A DNA stretch of 64,000 bases from Deltaproteobacteria bacterium (GCA_040218735.1 JAVJQW010000012.1:352001-416000), one strand, 5' to 3'. Shown: positions 27,571-38,513, counted from the first letter of the stretch. Notes: generated from the sequence alone by a model not told the origin. Program-made: numbers and translations.

Positions 27571-28671
27571 TCAGCGCTGCTGCCGTTGCGGCTGCGGGTT
27601 GTTCGGCTGCGCCCCGGAGAGGATCTGCCGAAGCTCATCCTGGTCCGCGCTCCGCAGCAGGCCCTCGTCGATACTGATGAGACGGCGCGAGATCAGCGAC
27701 GCCAGCGCCTGGTTCATCGTCTGCATCCCGAACCGCGACTGGCCGATCTGCATCTGACCGTAGATCTGGTGCACCTTGTCCTCACGGATGAGGTTTCGGA
27801 TCGCCATGTTCGGCACCATCACCTCCACCGCCAGAACACGCCCCGCCCCCGACGCCTTGGGGATGAGGGTCTGGGAGAGCACCCCCTCGAGCACCATCGA
27901 CAGCTGCGCGCGGACCTGCGGCTGCTGGTACGGCGGGAACACGTCGAGCACGCGGTTGATCGTCTGCACGCACGAGTTGGTGTGGAGCGTCGCGAACACG
28001 AGGTGACCGGTCTCGGCGATGACGAGCGCCGCTTCGATCGTCTCGAGGTCGCGCATCTCGCCGACCAGGATGACGTCCGGGTCCTGACGCAGGACGTACT
28101 TGAGCGCCTTCTTGAACGAGTCCGTGTCGGCGCCGACCTCGCGCTGGTTCACGATGCAGTTCTTGTGCGGGTGCAGGTACTCGATCGGGTCCTCGACGGT
28201 GAGGATGTGCTCGTGGCGCTCGTTGTTGATCTTGTCGACCATCGACGCGAGCGTCGTCGACTTGCCCGAGCCCGTGGGCCCGGTGACCAGGATCAGCCCG
28301 CGCGGCTTGCCGGCGAGGTCACCGACCACGTCCGGGAGCCCCAGCTCCGAGAACGACATGATCTTGAACGGGATGGTTCGGAACGCACCCGAGACCGCGC
28401 CGCGCTGCATGTAGACGTTCGCGCGGAAGCGCGACAGGTTCTTCACACCGAATGACAGGTCGAGCTCGTTCTCTTCCTCGAACTGGTGCTTCTGCGCGTC
28501 CGTGAGGATCGAGTAACAGAGCTGCTTCGTCTCGACCGGCGTCAGCGGCGGCGTCTTCAGCGGCACCAACCGTCCGTCGATGCGCAGCTGCGGCGGCGCG
28601 CCGGTCGTGATGTGGAGGTCCGAGGACCCCTTTTCGATCATCGCCTTGAGGAGCTGGTGCAGGTTCGCCAC
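27571..28671 (-). CDS. pilT: Pilus retraction ATPase PilT
   Basis: SDLHIT, GPTGSGKSTT, EDPIE, LRQDPDVILVGEMRD, TLHT, AIRNLIRE, GMQTM. Confidence 0.97.
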   Translation of the reverse strand: MANLHQLLKAMIEKGSSDLHITTGAPPQLRIDGRLVPLKTPPLTPVETKQLCYSILTDAQKHQFEEENELDLSFGVKNLSRFRANVYMQRGAVSGAFRTIPFKIMSFSELGLPDVVGDLAGKPRGLILVTGPTGSGKSTTLASMVDKINNERHEHILTVEDPIEYLHPHKNCIVNQREVGADTDSFKKALKYVLRQDPDVILVGEMRDLETIEAALVIAETGHLVFATLHTNSCVQTINRVLDVFPPYQQPQVRAQLSMVLEGVLSQTLIPKASGAGRVLAVEVMVPNMAIRNLIREDKVHQIYGQMQIGQSRFGMQTMNQALASLISRRLISIDEGLLRSADQDELRQILSGAQPNNPQPQRQQR

Positions 28672-28724
28672 GACTGCTCGGGACTATAGTGGCAGCCGGG
28701 CGGCGTCGCCAGATCGGCGCCCGG

Positions 28725-31202
28725 TCAGGGGACGACCGGCCCGAGCCGCGCGGTCCGGACGGGCCCGACGATCCAGATGTCCGTCCCCAGGTCCACCGCG
28801 CGCGGCGGGCCCGCGACGTCGTGACCGACCGTGTCGTATGGCGCGACGGGGATCGGAATCCACGCGTCGGTCGCCGGGTCGTACGCTCCGGCGGCGCCGT
28901 CCACGAGGACCACGACGTAGCCGTCCGCGACGACGTGCACCGGGTCGACGCCGACGGGCGCGTCGACCGCGCTGATCGGCGCCCAGGCGTTCGTCACCGG
29001 GTCGTAGCGGGCTCCTGCAGCGCCGTCCCAGATCACGAGGTACGTACCCGTCCACGCCCCCGTGGGCGCCGTGACGCTCTGGGCGGTCGCCATCGTGGTC
29101 CACGTGTCCGTGACCGGATCGTAACGTCCGCCGCTCGCACCGGCGGAGCCGCCCCAGACGATCACCTCGGAGCCGGTCCAGACCTGGATGTGGTCGCTCC
29201 GCGCGGCGGGCGCGCCGACGGTGCTGACGGGGCTCCACTGGTCGAGGACGGGATCGTAACGCGCGCCGTCGGCGAGCGCTGCGGTGCCCGACCGCCCGCC
29301 CCACACGATCATGTGGAGGCCCGTCCACACCGCGCCGTGGCGGTCGCGCGCCGCGGGCCGGCCCGCCGTCGCGGCGGCGGTGAACGTCAGGAAGGTCGGG
29401 TCCACGACGAACGCGTCGTCCTGCACGATCCCGCTGGAGGGGATGCGGCCGCCGAACAAGACCAGACGATCGCCGGTCCACACCGCGGAGTGGTTCGCGC
29501 CGAGCTGCTGCGCGCCGGGGATGTTCACGTTGGCGAACTGCCGCGTGACGTCGTCGTAGACGAGGTAGGTCGCGTTGATGCCGACGCCGTCGTCGCCCCA
29601 CCACAGCCACCCGTCCGAACCCGCCGCGGTGACGGAGACGTCGTACGCCACCGACGGGAGCGAGTACGCGTTCTTGAAACGCCAGCCGGCCGGTCCGGCG
29701 GGGAGCGGTCCGCCACACGCCGTCACCGCGGGGCTCGTCGCGAGCGGGTTGTCGCGGCCGAAGACCCCGACGTCGAAGAAACGAACGTCGTAGGCGACGA
29801 GTGATGCGTCATCGCTGAAGGCGGCCGCCGACGCGACGTAGGTGCTGTGCAGCGGCGTGGTCGTCTGGGCGACGCGGTCCTCGAGCGTCGAGAGCGTGAA
29901 GTCGTCGACGACGAGGTAGCGACCCGTCGGATCGATCGCACGCACGAGCTGCTGCTGCGGGAGGCGCTCGATCGCCCCCGTGGTCACGTCCTTCACGAAG
30001 TAGTTGGCGGCGCCGTCGTTGTCGTTGGGGACGAGGTTGCTCGCCTCGGAGCGGAAGAAGACCTCGTTGCCGTCGGCCGTCACGAACAGCGCACCGACCG
30101 CGTGTCCGTTCGCTTCGTTGCCGGACGCGTCGACGCTGACGCGCACGAGCGCGCCCGTCATCACGTCGTAGCGGAACACGTCCTCGACGACGTTGGTGTC
30201 ACCCGCGACGAGGTTGTTCGCGACGGAGCGGAACACGACGTACCGCCCGTTGCCGCTGATCTTCGCGGCGCGCGACGCGCCGTTACCGGGCGCGCCGTTC
30301 GCGGCTTCGCTGACGCGGGTGATCGTGAAGCCGTCCTCCACGTAGATGTCGGCGATCCCCGTCCCCGTCGGCACGACGTTGCTCGCGGTCGTCTCGAAGA
30401 CCACGCGAACCCCCGCGTCGTCGACGTCGAACGCGGTGATGGTCGCGTTGAAGCCGCCGACGCGCATCGTGGAGCTGCGCGTCGCCCAGTCGAAAGACGC
30501 GACGCCGTTGCCCTGCGGGTGGAAGTACAGGTCGCCGGCGGTCGTGAACGCGCCGGCCGGCCCGCCGTTCGGCAGCGCGTACTGTTCGCCGCTCGCGAGG
30601 TCGCGCACGGAGACGAACGGCGGCATGTTGTGGAACGGCTCGAGGTCGTGCCACACGCCGAGCTCGTCGGCGCCCTGCCAGGTCGCGACACGTTGGCCGT
30701 TGCCGCTGAGCGCGATGAAGGTCGCCGGTCCGAACGGATGGGTCTGTCCGTCCGGGCCGCGGTCGATGCGCGCCGGGGATGTGACGCCGAGGCACGCCGC
30801 GACGCCCCCTCCGTTCGGCCCGGCGTCGGGCGTGCCGGCGTCGACGACGCCGGAGTCGGGCGCACCGCCGTCGCGCACCGCGCCGCCGTCGCGCATCGAC
30901 CCCGCGTCCCGCGGACCGCCATCGCGCGGACCACCGTCGCGCATCGTGCCCGCGTCGCGCGGACCACCGTCGCGCATCGCGCCCGCGTCGCGCGGACCAC
31001 CGTCGCGCGTCACGCCGGCGTCGCGACGTCCCCCGTCCCGGACGATCCCCGTATCGCGCGCGCCCCCGTCGCGCGGCGCGCCAGCGTCCCGCGGCCCTCC
31101 GTCGCGGACGACGCCGGGCCCGGAATCGCCGCCACCGTCTTCGCCTCCGCTGCACGCGGAGGTGAAGGCGATCAGCGCGGCGGCGAAGACGTAGCGGTGC
31201 AC
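28725..31202 (-). CDS. Lipoprotein with RDGG/RDAG linker, TolB-like propeller and Kelch-like propeller
   Basis: Lipobox TSAC; ISGNGRYVVFRSxAxNLVxGDTN repeats; HxAVWTG...IVWGG...YDPVxDxW Kelch repeats. Confidence 0.85.
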   Translation of the reverse strand: MHRYVFAAALIAFTSACSGGEDGGGDSGPGVVRDGGPRDAGAPRDGGARDTGIVRDGGRRDAGVTRDGGPRDAGAMRDGGPRDAGTMRDGGPRDGGPRDAGSMRDGGAVRDGGAPDSGVVDAGTPDAGPNGGGVAACLGVTSPARIDRGPDGQTHPFGPATFIALSGNGQRVATWQGADELGVWHDLEPFHNMPPFVSVRDLASGEQYALPNGGPAGAFTTAGDLYFHPQGNGVASFDWATRSSTMRVGGFNATITAFDVDDAGVRVVFETTASNVVPTGTGIADIYVEDGFTITRVSEAANGAPGNGASRAAKISGNGRYVVFRSVANNLVAGDTNVVEDVFRYDVMTGALVRVSVDASGNEANGHAVGALFVTADGNEVFFRSEASNLVPNDNDGAANYFVKDVTTGAIERLPQQQLVRAIDPTGRYLVVDDFTLSTLEDRVAQTTTPLHSTYVASAAAFSDDASLVAYDVRFFDVGVFGRDNPLATSPAVTACGGPLPAGPAGWRFKNAYSLPSVAYDVSVTAAGSDGWLWWGDDGVGINATYLVYDDVTRQFANVNIPGAQQLGANHSAVWTGDRLVLFGGRIPSSGIVQDDAFVVDPTFLTFTAAATAGRPAARDRHGAVWTGLHMIVWGGRSGTAALADGARYDPVLDQWSPVSTVGAPAARSDHIQVWTGSEVIVWGGSAGASGGRYDPVTDTWTTMATAQSVTAPTGAWTGTYLVIWDGAAGARYDPVTNAWAPISAVDAPVGVDPVHVVADGYVVVLVDGAAGAYDPATDAWIPIPVAPYDTVGHDVAGPPRAVDLGTDIWIVGPVRTARLGPVVP
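30880..31110 (-). repeat. Coding low-complexity repeat encoding RDGGPRDAGxx units (about 33 bp)
   Basis: Repeated GCGCGGACCACCGTCGCGC segments on the + strand, in frame within the lipoprotein. Confidence 0.85.
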
Positions 31203-31251
31203 GCCTTCGATAGTGCCAAAAGAGGCGCGGGCGTTCAGTGCGCGCCCGAGG

Positions 31252-32961
31252 TCAGTCGGAGGCCGAGGTGCGCGTGACCTCTTCGATGGTCGTGACGCCG
31301 TCCTTGAGTTTGTTCACGGCGGCCATGCGGAGGGTCTGCATGCCGAGGCGGATCGCCTCCGCCTTGATCTCCGCAGCCGAGGCGCCGTTGATCACGAACT
31401 CCTTCAGCTCTTCGGTGAAGTCCATGACCTCGTACACCGCGACGCGGCCCTTGTAGCCGGTCTCGGAGCACGTCGCGCAGCCCTGGCCCTTGAAGACCTG
31501 GAACGTGCCGATGTCCTGCGGCTTGACCTGGATGTCGAGCAGCGCGCTCTCGGGCACGTCGATCGGGCCCTTGCAGTCCGCGCAGATTCGACGCGCGAGA
31601 CGCTGGGCCATGATGAGGTTCACCGAGGCGGTCACGAGGAACGGCTCGATACCCATGTTGAGCAGACGCGAGACCGTCGACGGGGCGTCGTTCGTGTGCA
31701 GCGTCGACAACACCAAGTGCCCCGTCAACGCGGCCTTCACGGAGATCTCCGCCGTCTCGAAGTCACGAATCTCGCCGACCATGATGATGTCCGGGTCCTG
31801 GCGCAGGAAGGCGCGCAGGGCCGCGGCGAAGTTCAGGCCGATCTCGTCGTGCATCTGCACCTGGTTGATGCCGTGCAGGTTGTACTCGACCGGGTCCTCG
31901 GCGGTGCTGATGTTCACCGTCGACTTGTTGAGCTCGGAGAGCGCGGAGTACAGCGACGTCGTCTTGCCCGACCCCGTCGGACCCGTCACCAGGACCATGC
32001 CGTAGGGCTTCTTGATCGCCGACTTGAAGAGCGCGAGCGGCTTCGGCTCGAAGCCGAGCTTCGTCATGTCGAGCTGCAAGGACCCCTTGTCGAGGAGCCG
32101 CAGCACGATCTTCTCGCCGAACAGCGTCGGCAGACACGAGACGCGGTAGTCCATCTCGCGGCCCTTGCCGAGCTTGAGCTTGATGCGACCGTCCTGCGGG
32201 AGTCGTCGCTCGGCGATGTCGAGCTGCGACATGATCTTCACGCGCGACGTGATCGCGTTCTTGAGCTTCAGCGGCGGCTTCATCATCTCGTAGAGCACGC
32301 CGTCGATACGGTAGCGGACGCGGAAGTCCTTCTCGTAGGGCTCGATGTGAATGTCCGAGGCGCCCTTCTTGATCGCGTCGATCAGGATCAGGTTCACCAG
32401 CTTGACGACCGGTGCGTCCTCCGCGGAGCGCTCGAGGTCGACGACGTTCACCGAGTCGTCTTCACCGCCGACTTCGATCTCGTCCTCGTCGAACTCGGCC
32501 ATCACCTCGTCGTAGTTGAGCTCGGTCGCGCCCTGCCGACCGCCGTAGTACTTCTCGATCGATTCGCGAATCGCGCCGTCCGACGCGACGACGACCTCGA
32601 TGTTGTAGCCGGTGAGGAACTTCAGGTCGTCGATGGCGAAGATGTTCGACGGGTCCGCCATCGCCACGATCAGCGACGCGCCCGCGCGGTTCACCGGGAT
32701 GACCTGGTGTTTCTCGGCGACCTCCTGCGGCACGAGCTTGATCACCTCCGGATCGATCTCGAACTCCGACAGGTTGATCGAAGGGACGCCGTACTGCTTG
32801 GAGAGGAACTGCGTCAGCTCGCTCTCTTCGATGTACCCGAGCTTCGTGAGGTTGAAGCCCAGACGGCCGCCGCCCTTGCGTTGCTCCTCCTGCGCTTTTT
32901 GAAGCTGCTGGAGCGTGATCAGGTTTTCGCGAACGAGCAGCTCGCCCAGACGACCCGGCAT
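31252..32961 (-). CDS. pilB: Pilus extension ATPase PilB
   Basis: RLGELLV N-terminus, ASDIHIEP, RRLPQDGR, GPTGSGKTT, RQDPDIIMVGEIRD, CxxC Zn motifs, GYKGR. ATG 32961 chosen. Confidence 0.97.
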   Translation of the reverse strand: MPGRLGELLVRENLITLQQLQKAQEEQRKGGGRLGFNLTKLGYIEESELTQFLSKQYGVPSINLSEFEIDPEVIKLVPQEVAEKHQVIPVNRAGASLIVAMADPSNIFAIDDLKFLTGYNIEVVVASDGAIRESIEKYYGGRQGATELNYDEVMAEFDEDEIEVGGEDDSVNVVDLERSAEDAPVVKLVNLILIDAIKKGASDIHIEPYEKDFRVRYRIDGVLYEMMKPPLKLKNAITSRVKIMSQLDIAERRLPQDGRIKLKLGKGREMDYRVSCLPTLFGEKIVLRLLDKGSLQLDMTKLGFEPKPLALFKSAIKKPYGMVLVTGPTGSGKTTSLYSALSELNKSTVNISTAEDPVEYNLHGINQVQMHDEIGLNFAAALRAFLRQDPDIIMVGEIRDFETAEISVKAALTGHLVLSTLHTNDAPSTVSRLLNMGIEPFLVTASVNLIMAQRLARRICADCKGPIDVPESALLDIQVKPQDIGTFQVFKGQGCATCSETGYKGRVAVYEVMDFTEELKEFVINGASAAEIKAEAIRLGMQTLRMAAVNKLKDGVTTIEEVTRTSASD

Positions 32962-32971
32962 AGGAGAGGCG

Positions 32972-33000
32972 AGGCTAATCTCGCCCAGGGTGGGAGTCAA
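32972..33000 (-). promoter_or_regulatory. Candidate sigma70 promoter for pilB at the aroE 3' end
   Basis: TTGACT (33000-32995)-N17-TAGCCT (32977-32972). Confidence 0.35.
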
Positions 33001-33808
33001 AATGGGGTGGGAGTGCGAGCGAAGCCCGCATCGCCTCGCGGATGCGCGAAAGCTCCCCGCCGGTCCACAGGCTGAGGGAGAGGGCGCCCTGCTCCGCGAG
33101 CATCGCGCGCCCGTCGAAGGCCGTCAGACCCGCGGAACGGGCCAGGAGCGCGAGGGGGCTCTCGCGGTCGACGCCTCCGTACGCAAGATCGCACACGATC
33201 GGGCGCTGACCGTCGTCCACCCAGGCTTCGAGGACCCGTTTGGCCAGGTCCCCGTCGCCGGGGATCGCCGAAATCACCAGGGTGACCCCGTCGATCGGCT
33301 CCATCGGGTGGGCCGTCCCCCCCGCGAGGTCGGCCACGGCCTCGGCCCCCCGCCGCGCCGTCACGTGGACGGCACCGGTGTTCAGCTGGGCGACCGCCCA
33401 CGCCGCGGCCTTCGCCGCCCCCCCCGAACCGAGGATCTGCACCCGGTCGAAGACCCCCGGCGGGAGCTGCGAGAGGACCCGGAGCAGCCCGGGGCCGTCC
33501 GTGTTGTCCCCCTGGATCCGCCCGTCGGACGCAAACGTGAGCGTGTTGACCGCCCCGATCTGCCGCGCCGTGTTGGAGACGTTGTCGGCGAGCGCAAACG
33601 CGGGCGCCTTGTAAGGGATCGTCACGTTGGCGCCGAGCGCGCCGATGCACCGCAGCGCATCCACCGCGAGCCCGAAGTGCGTCGAGTCGCGGACGGAGAT
33701 CGGGACGTAGGCGACGTCGAGCGAGAGCGCCTCGGCCGCCGCGCGGTGGATCCGCGGCGACAAGGACTGGGAGACGTCCCGCCCGATCACTGCGAGGAGG
33801 CGTCGCAC
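32975..33808 (-). CDS. aroE: Shikimate dehydrogenase
   Basis: SLSPRIH, GANVTIPYK, IGAVNTL, NTDGPG, GSGGAA, DLAY, GRAMLAEQG. Confidence 0.94.
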   Translation of the reverse strand: MRRLLAVIGRDVSQSLSPRIHRAAAEALSLDVAYVPISVRDSTHFGLAVDALRCIGALGANVTIPYKAPAFALADNVSNTARQIGAVNTLTFASDGRIQGDNTDGPGLLRVLSQLPPGVFDRVQILGSGGAAKAAAWAVAQLNTGAVHVTARRGAEAVADLAGGTAHPMEPIDGVTLVISAIPGDGDLAKRVLEAWVDDGQRPIVCDLAYGGVDRESPLALLARSAGLTAFDGRAMLAEQGALSLSLWTGGELSRIREAMRASLALPPHFDSHPGRD

Positions 33809-33811
33809 GGC

Positions 33812-34738
33812 TCAGGCTCCGAGCGCGGCGCGCGCGGCGTCGACGTCGCGGGCGAGCTGCGCCTTCAGGGCGTCGATGCCGTCGAAGCGGCGCTCGTCCC
33901 GAAGGCGCGCCACGAAGTCGACCTCGATCAGTCGCCCATACAGATCCCCGGACCAATCGAGGAGGAAGGTCTCGACGGTGGGGCGGGTCCCGTCGAAGGT
34001 CGGGCGCACGCCGACGTTCGTCACGGCGTCGTGAAGCGCCCCCTCGTAGCGGACGCGCGTCGCGTACACGCCGTTCGCCGGGAGCAGCTCCGAGTCGGGG
34101 CTCAGGTTCGCGGTCGGGAAGCCGATCGTGCGTCCCCGTTTGTCCCCTTCGACGACCGTCCCCGCCAGTGCGAAGTCACGGCCGAGCAACGTGTGCGCCG
34201 CGGCGACGTTGCCCTCCAGGAGGTACTCCCGGATCGCCGTGCTCGACGCGACGACGGTGCCGCTCTCGACGGGCTCCACGACCTCGACCTCGAACCCGTG
34301 CTTCGCGCCGCTCGCCTTCAGGTGGTTCGTGTCGCCGCCCCGTTTGTGGCCGTAGAAGAAGTTGAACCCGACGACGACGTGTCTCGGGTGGAGCGCACGT
34401 ACGAGGTAGTTCGCGACGAACGCGTCGGCGGTGACCTGCGCGAACGCGGCGTCGAACGGCTCGACGAGCACGTGGTCCAACCCCGCCGCGCGCATCAAGG
34501 CGGCGCGACGCTCGATCGACACCAAGAGCTTCGGCGCCATCGTCGGCGCGATGATCTTCGCGGGGTGCGGGTAGAACGTGTAGCCGACGGACGGGACACC
34601 GAGCTGCTTCGCGGCGTCCACGGCGCGGCGGATCAACGCCTGGTGCCCCAGGTGCACGCCGTCGAACGCGCCGAGTGTGACGACGGAGCCGTCCAGCGGC
34701 GGGTCGACGGAAGCGGCACCGTGCAGGACGTCGACCAT
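33812..34738 (-). CDS. ribF: Bifunctional riboflavin kinase / FAD synthetase
   Basis: GAFDGVHLGHQ, FYPHP, SSTAIR, GRTIGFPTANL, NVGVRPTF, LRDERRF. ATG 34738. Confidence 0.96.
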   Translation of the reverse strand: MVDVLHGAASVDPPLDGSVVTLGAFDGVHLGHQALIRRAVDAAKQLGVPSVGYTFYPHPAKIIAPTMAPKLLVSIERRAALMRAAGLDHVLVEPFDAAFAQVTADAFVANYLVRALHPRHVVVGFNFFYGHKRGGDTNHLKASGAKHGFEVEVVEPVESGTVVASSTAIREYLLEGNVAAAHTLLGRDFALAGTVVEGDKRGRTIGFPTANLSPDSELLPANGVYATRVRYEGALHDAVTNVGVRPTFDGTRPTVETFLLDWSGDLYGRLIEVDFVARLRDERRFDGIDALKAQLARDVDAARAALGA

Positions 34739-34756
34739 CGGCCGCGGTTGTAGCCG

Positions 34757-35509
34757 ATGGCGCAGTCCGAGGGAAATGTCGTTCGCGCGCCAGACCGTTG
34801 TCTTTACGTGCGCTGGTGGATCGGAGGCCTCGTCGTGCTCGCGTTGCCCTACGGCGTGTTGCAGCTCCTCGAGCGTGGCGTCGTCTGGTTCAACGCGCCG
34901 TCGCGCGCGACCTACCCGATCCGCGGTCTCGACGTGTCTCATCACCAGGGCCGGATCGATTGGTCGCGGGTCGCGGGCGTCGACTTCGTCTACGTCAAGG
35001 CGACCGAAGGGGGCGATCACCGCGACACGCGCTTCGCGGAGAACTTCGACGGCGCGCGCCGCGCCGGGCTCCCGCGAGGGGCGTACCACTTCTTCACGTT
35101 CTGCCGCTCCGGGCGCGTTCAGGCGGACAACTTCGCCGCCGTGGTCCCGACCGACGCGGAGCTCCCGATGGCCGTCGATCTCGAATTCGGCGGCAACTGT
35201 ACGCGCCGCCCCTCGTGGGTCGAGCTGCGCAACGAGCTCACGACGTTCGTCGACACGATCGAAGCCCGCTACGGCGAGCCGCCGGTGCTCTACGTGACCG
35301 AGGAGCTCCTCGCGCTCTACCCCGTCGACACCCTCGGGCTCCCGATCTGGATCCGGTCCGTCTACACCGAGCCCAAGCGAACGTGGTCGCTGTGGCAGTA
35401 CCACTGCCGCGCGCGTGTCGACGGGATCGAGGGTCCGGTGGATCTGAACGTCGCGACCGAGACCTGGTGGACCGCGCAGCTCAGGCCGCGCGCTCGAACA
35501 GCGTCGTGA
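34757..35509 (+). CDS. GH25 family lysozyme/muramidase with N-terminal membrane anchor
   Basis: GLDVSHHQG, YVKATEG, GAYHFF, AVDLE (DxE), WQY, GPVDLN. Confidence 0.92.
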   Translation: MAQSEGNVVRAPDRCLYVRWWIGGLVVLALPYGVLQLLERGVVWFNAPSRATYPIRGLDVSHHQGRIDWSRVAGVDFVYVKATEGGDHRDTRFAENFDGARRAGLPRGAYHFFTFCRSGRVQADNFAAVVPTDAELPMAVDLEFGGNCTRRPSWVELRNELTTFVDTIEARYGEPPVLYVTEELLALYPVDTLGLPIWIRSVYTEPKRTWSLWQYHCRARVDGIEGPVDLNVATETWWTAQLRPRARTAS

Positions 35510-36623
35510 GCGTCATCGTCTGGTTGTGGAGCTGGCAAGGACCAGCGCGATGCGGAGACAGCTCACCGTAGGAGTAGAAGCCGACGAGCGTCGTCCCGGC
35601 CGGCAGCTCGTCGAGCGCCGACTCGACCTCCTCCTCGACACGCTCTCCGAGCACCAGGCGGCGCCCCACACAGCTCACCGCGATCGATAGCGAGTCCCCC
35701 TGAACGTCGATGATGCGCTCGGAGGTCTGCTGTCCCGCGACCATCGCACCGTCGATCAGACCTTCGAGGCTCGCCCGCATCAGACGGACACGAACGCCCT
35801 CCGGGATGTCCCCGGCGAAGGTCATCGACTGCTGCGCTTCGTCGATGGCGAGCACGGTCCGCACGACGGGCTCGTCGCCCTCCGCCTTCATCGCGAGCGG
35901 AAACAGCAGCGCGTTCGCAGGCAGCCCCGCCGCGAGCTCGCCGAGGTACTCCTTGTAGACCTCCAGCGCCGGGCGCCCGTCGAGCTCGTACAACACGTTG
36001 CCCTCGGAGCGGGTCACGCGCCACCGCATCCCGAAGCCATCCCAACCGCTCCCGTAGCCGTGGCCGAGCTCGAGCGCATCGGAGTAGAAGCCGACGCCCG
36101 CGACGCTCTTGTTCCGCCGCTCGCCGTCGACGACGATCCAGGTCTCCTCGAACCGATCACCGTCGCCGGCGAGGCCTCCGGTGATCACGACGTCGGTGGG
36201 CGCGGACGCGCACATGCCTTCGGTCAGCTTCGAACCGTTCACGTCGCGCCCATCGGACAGCACGTAGACGCCGCGGAGGTCTTCCCCGACGAGCTCGTCG
36301 ACGAGGCGGCGCCCCGCGTCGAAGGACTCCGATGCGTCGGCGAGCGCGACGCTGACGAGCCGCAACGTCGTGCGCTCGAAACACGCCACCGCGACGACGA
36401 TGCCACGTTCCTGAAGCGTACCGGCCCCGATGGCTCCGGCGGTCGAGCAGCCCAGGATCTTCGACCTGCCAAAGGCCTTCTGCAGCGCACGCCAGGCCGG
36501 TTCACTCCCGTCGAGGCCGTCGGTCGCGAAGGCGAGGACCAGAGTGTTGGGACCGTCGAGCGCCGCGACTTCGTCGGCGACCGTCGTAGCGTCGGCTTGG
36601 ATCGTGAACGATTTGGTCTTCAT
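35481..36623 (-). CDS. FIST-domain (NosP-like) sensor protein
   Basis: [66 protein letters not shown]. Confidence 0.92.
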   Translation of the reverse strand: MKTKSFTIQADATTVADEVAALDGPNTLVLAFATDGLDGSEPAWRALQKAFGRSKILGCSTAGAIGAGTLQERGIVVAVACFERTTLRLVSVALADASESFDAGRRLVDELVGEDLRGVYVLSDGRDVNGSKLTEGMCASAPTDVVITGGLAGDGDRFEETWIVVDGERRNKSVAGVGFYSDALELGHGYGSGWDGFGMRWRVTRSEGNVLYELDGRPALEVYKEYLGELAAGLPANALLFPLAMKAEGDEPVVRTVLAIDEAQQSMTFAGDIPEGVRVRLMRASLEGLIDGAMVAGQQTSERIIDVQGDSLSIAVSCVGRRLVLGERVEEEVESALDELPAGTTLVGFYSYGELSPHRAGPCQLHNQTMTLTTLFERAA

Positions 36624-38386
36624 GCGGACTCCTTCAGCGTGAGCGGGAGCTCATCGCTCGTGTGGCGGCGAATGGTCTCGAGCAGCTCTTGGGAACGGAC
36701 GGGTTTGGCGATGTAGTCGTCCATCGTCGCCTCGCGGCACCGCTCGCGGTCGCCCTCCATCACGTTGGCGGTGAGGGCGATGATCGGTGTGTCGTGGTTG
36801 TGCTCCGTCTCCCGAATCCGGAGCGACGCGGCGTAGCCGTCGAGCACCGGCATCTGGCAGTCCATGAGGATCACGTCGAAGGGGCGCTCACGTGCACGCT
36901 CCACCGCGACGACCCCGTTCTCGGCCACGACGACCGCGTGCCCCGCGCGATCGAGGATGCGCGTCGTCACGAGCTGGTTCACCTTGTTGTCCTCGACGAG
37001 GAGGACGTCGAGGGGCGCTTCGTGGCCGGGCGCGAGCTCGTCGACCGGTATGGAACGCTTGACCGGCGCAGTGCCGAGCGTCGTCGTGGCGGCGCGGTGC
37101 AAGCTGGCTTGCTTGACGGGCTTGTGGAGTACCCCCGCAAACAGCCGATCGTTCCTCGGTGCGGTCGAGGGTCTCCGCGTCGAGAGCACGACCGAGGCGT
37201 CCGCGTGGCCCTCGATCCTCTGGAGGGCGTGGACGAACTGCCGAGCCGCGTCGTCTTCGGCTTCGTGTTCGAGGATCACGAGCCCGAACGGCGCACTGCA
37301 CTGCTCGGCATAGGTCAGCGCCTCCGCGGCGCTCGCCACGGCGACGGGTTCGATGCCCCACGCGGACAGCAGCTCGACGCAGCCCGCACGGACGATGGCC
37401 GAGCGGTCGACGACGAGCGCGCGCTGCCCTTCGAAGGCAATGTCGAGCGTCGAGGGTGGGCGTTCTCGGTGACCGCGCTCGAGGCGCAGGCGAACCACGA
37501 AGGTCGAACCGACGCCCTCCTCGCTCTGTACGGTGATCGAGCCCCCCATCTGCTCGACGAGACCCGCACAGATGGCGAGGCCCAAGCCGGTCCCACCGAA
37601 GCGACGGGTCGTCGATGCGTCGGCCTGAGTGAAGGGCTGAAAGAGGCGGTCGATCTGGTCCTCGGACATTCCGATGCCCGTGTCCTCGACGGAGAACGTG
37701 AGGTCGACGTCCTCCCCTTCGGCCTCCGTGGACGCGACGGTGAGTGTGACGTGCCCTCGCTCGGTGAACTTCACCGCATTGCTGAGGAGGTTCAGCAGGA
37801 TCTGGCGAACGCGGACGAGATCCCCCCGAACCCAGCTGGAGACCGTCCGCGGGGTCACGACGACGAGGTCCAACCCCTTCTTGCGCGCCGTAGCGCCCAG
37901 GATGTCCACGAGGTCGTCGGTCAGGCGGACGAGATCGAAGTCGATCTGTTCGAGGTGGACGTGCCCCGCCTCGAGCTTCGAGAGATCGAGGATGTCGTTG
38001 AGCACGGTCAACAGCGCGTCGGCGCAGCTTCCGATCCCTTGGACGTACTCGGCTTGTTCTTCATCGAGCTCCGTCACCCGGAGCAGCGAAGCCAGTCCGA
38101 TCACGCCGTTCAGCGGAGTCCGAATCTCGTGGCTCATGTTCGCGAGGAACTCCGACTTCGCGCGAGCGCCGGCGAGCGCTTCGTCGCGAGCGAGCTCGAG
38201 GTCGTCCGCCAGCGTCGTCAGCTCCCGCTCCGCCAGTGACTGGGCGCGCTCGCGCAGATAACGTTCCTGGTCATTCTGGGTGTACGCGTCGCTGATGCGC
38301 GCGAGGAGCGTCGCCCAAGCCGCCGCGTCCGGAGGGTCGTCGCCGAGCCCGAGTTTTCGCAGCTGCCTTTGGAGAAGCCGATGCAC
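36620..38386 (-). CDS. Cytoplasmic hybrid histidine kinase (HisKA-HATPase-pseudoREC-REC)
   Basis: N-terminal [38 protein letters not shown], final [16 protein letters not shown] 38386 chosen. Confidence 0.92.
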   Translation of the reverse strand: MHRLLQRQLRKLGLGDDPPDAAAWATLLARISDAYTQNDQERYLRERAQSLAERELTTLADDLELARDEALAGARAKSEFLANMSHEIRTPLNGVIGLASLLRVTELDEEQAEYVQGIGSCADALLTVLNDILDLSKLEAGHVHLEQIDFDLVRLTDDLVDILGATARKKGLDLVVVTPRTVSSWVRGDLVRVRQILLNLLSNAVKFTERGHVTLTVASTEAEGEDVDLTFSVEDTGIGMSEDQIDRLFQPFTQADASTTRRFGGTGLGLAICAGLVEQMGGSITVQSEEGVGSTFVVRLRLERGHRERPPSTLDIAFEGQRALVVDRSAIVRAGCVELLSAWGIEPVAVASAAEALTYAEQCSAPFGLVILEHEAEDDAARQFVHALQRIEGHADASVVLSTRRPSTAPRNDRLFAGVLHKPVKQASLHRAATTTLGTAPVKRSIPVDELAPGHEAPLDVLLVEDNKVNQLVTTRILDRAGHAVVVAENGVVAVERARERPFDVILMDCQMPVLDGYAASLRIRETEHNHDTPIIALTANVMEGDRERCREATMDDYIAKPVRSQELLETIRRHTSDELPLTLKESA

Positions 38387-38513
38387 GCCTTCACTCGAAC
38401 TCGGCGCGCTGTGGGTCGAGCTGAAGCGCGCGTCCGGTGGATCGCCCCGGGTTGAGGCAGTGCAAGGCGTCGAACGGCTTCGCAAGCCCCGGTCGTCGTG
38501 TTACGTGGCCGGC

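Noticed and set aside
34739-35404. Long N-terminal extension of RibF in the ORF track
   Set aside because: It overlaps the GH25 gene on the opposite strand; RibF homology starts at ATG 34738.
34757-35509. GH25 lysozyme as a phage endolysin
   Set aside because: No holin or other phage genes nearby; the N-terminal anchor fits a stand-alone bacterial muramidase.
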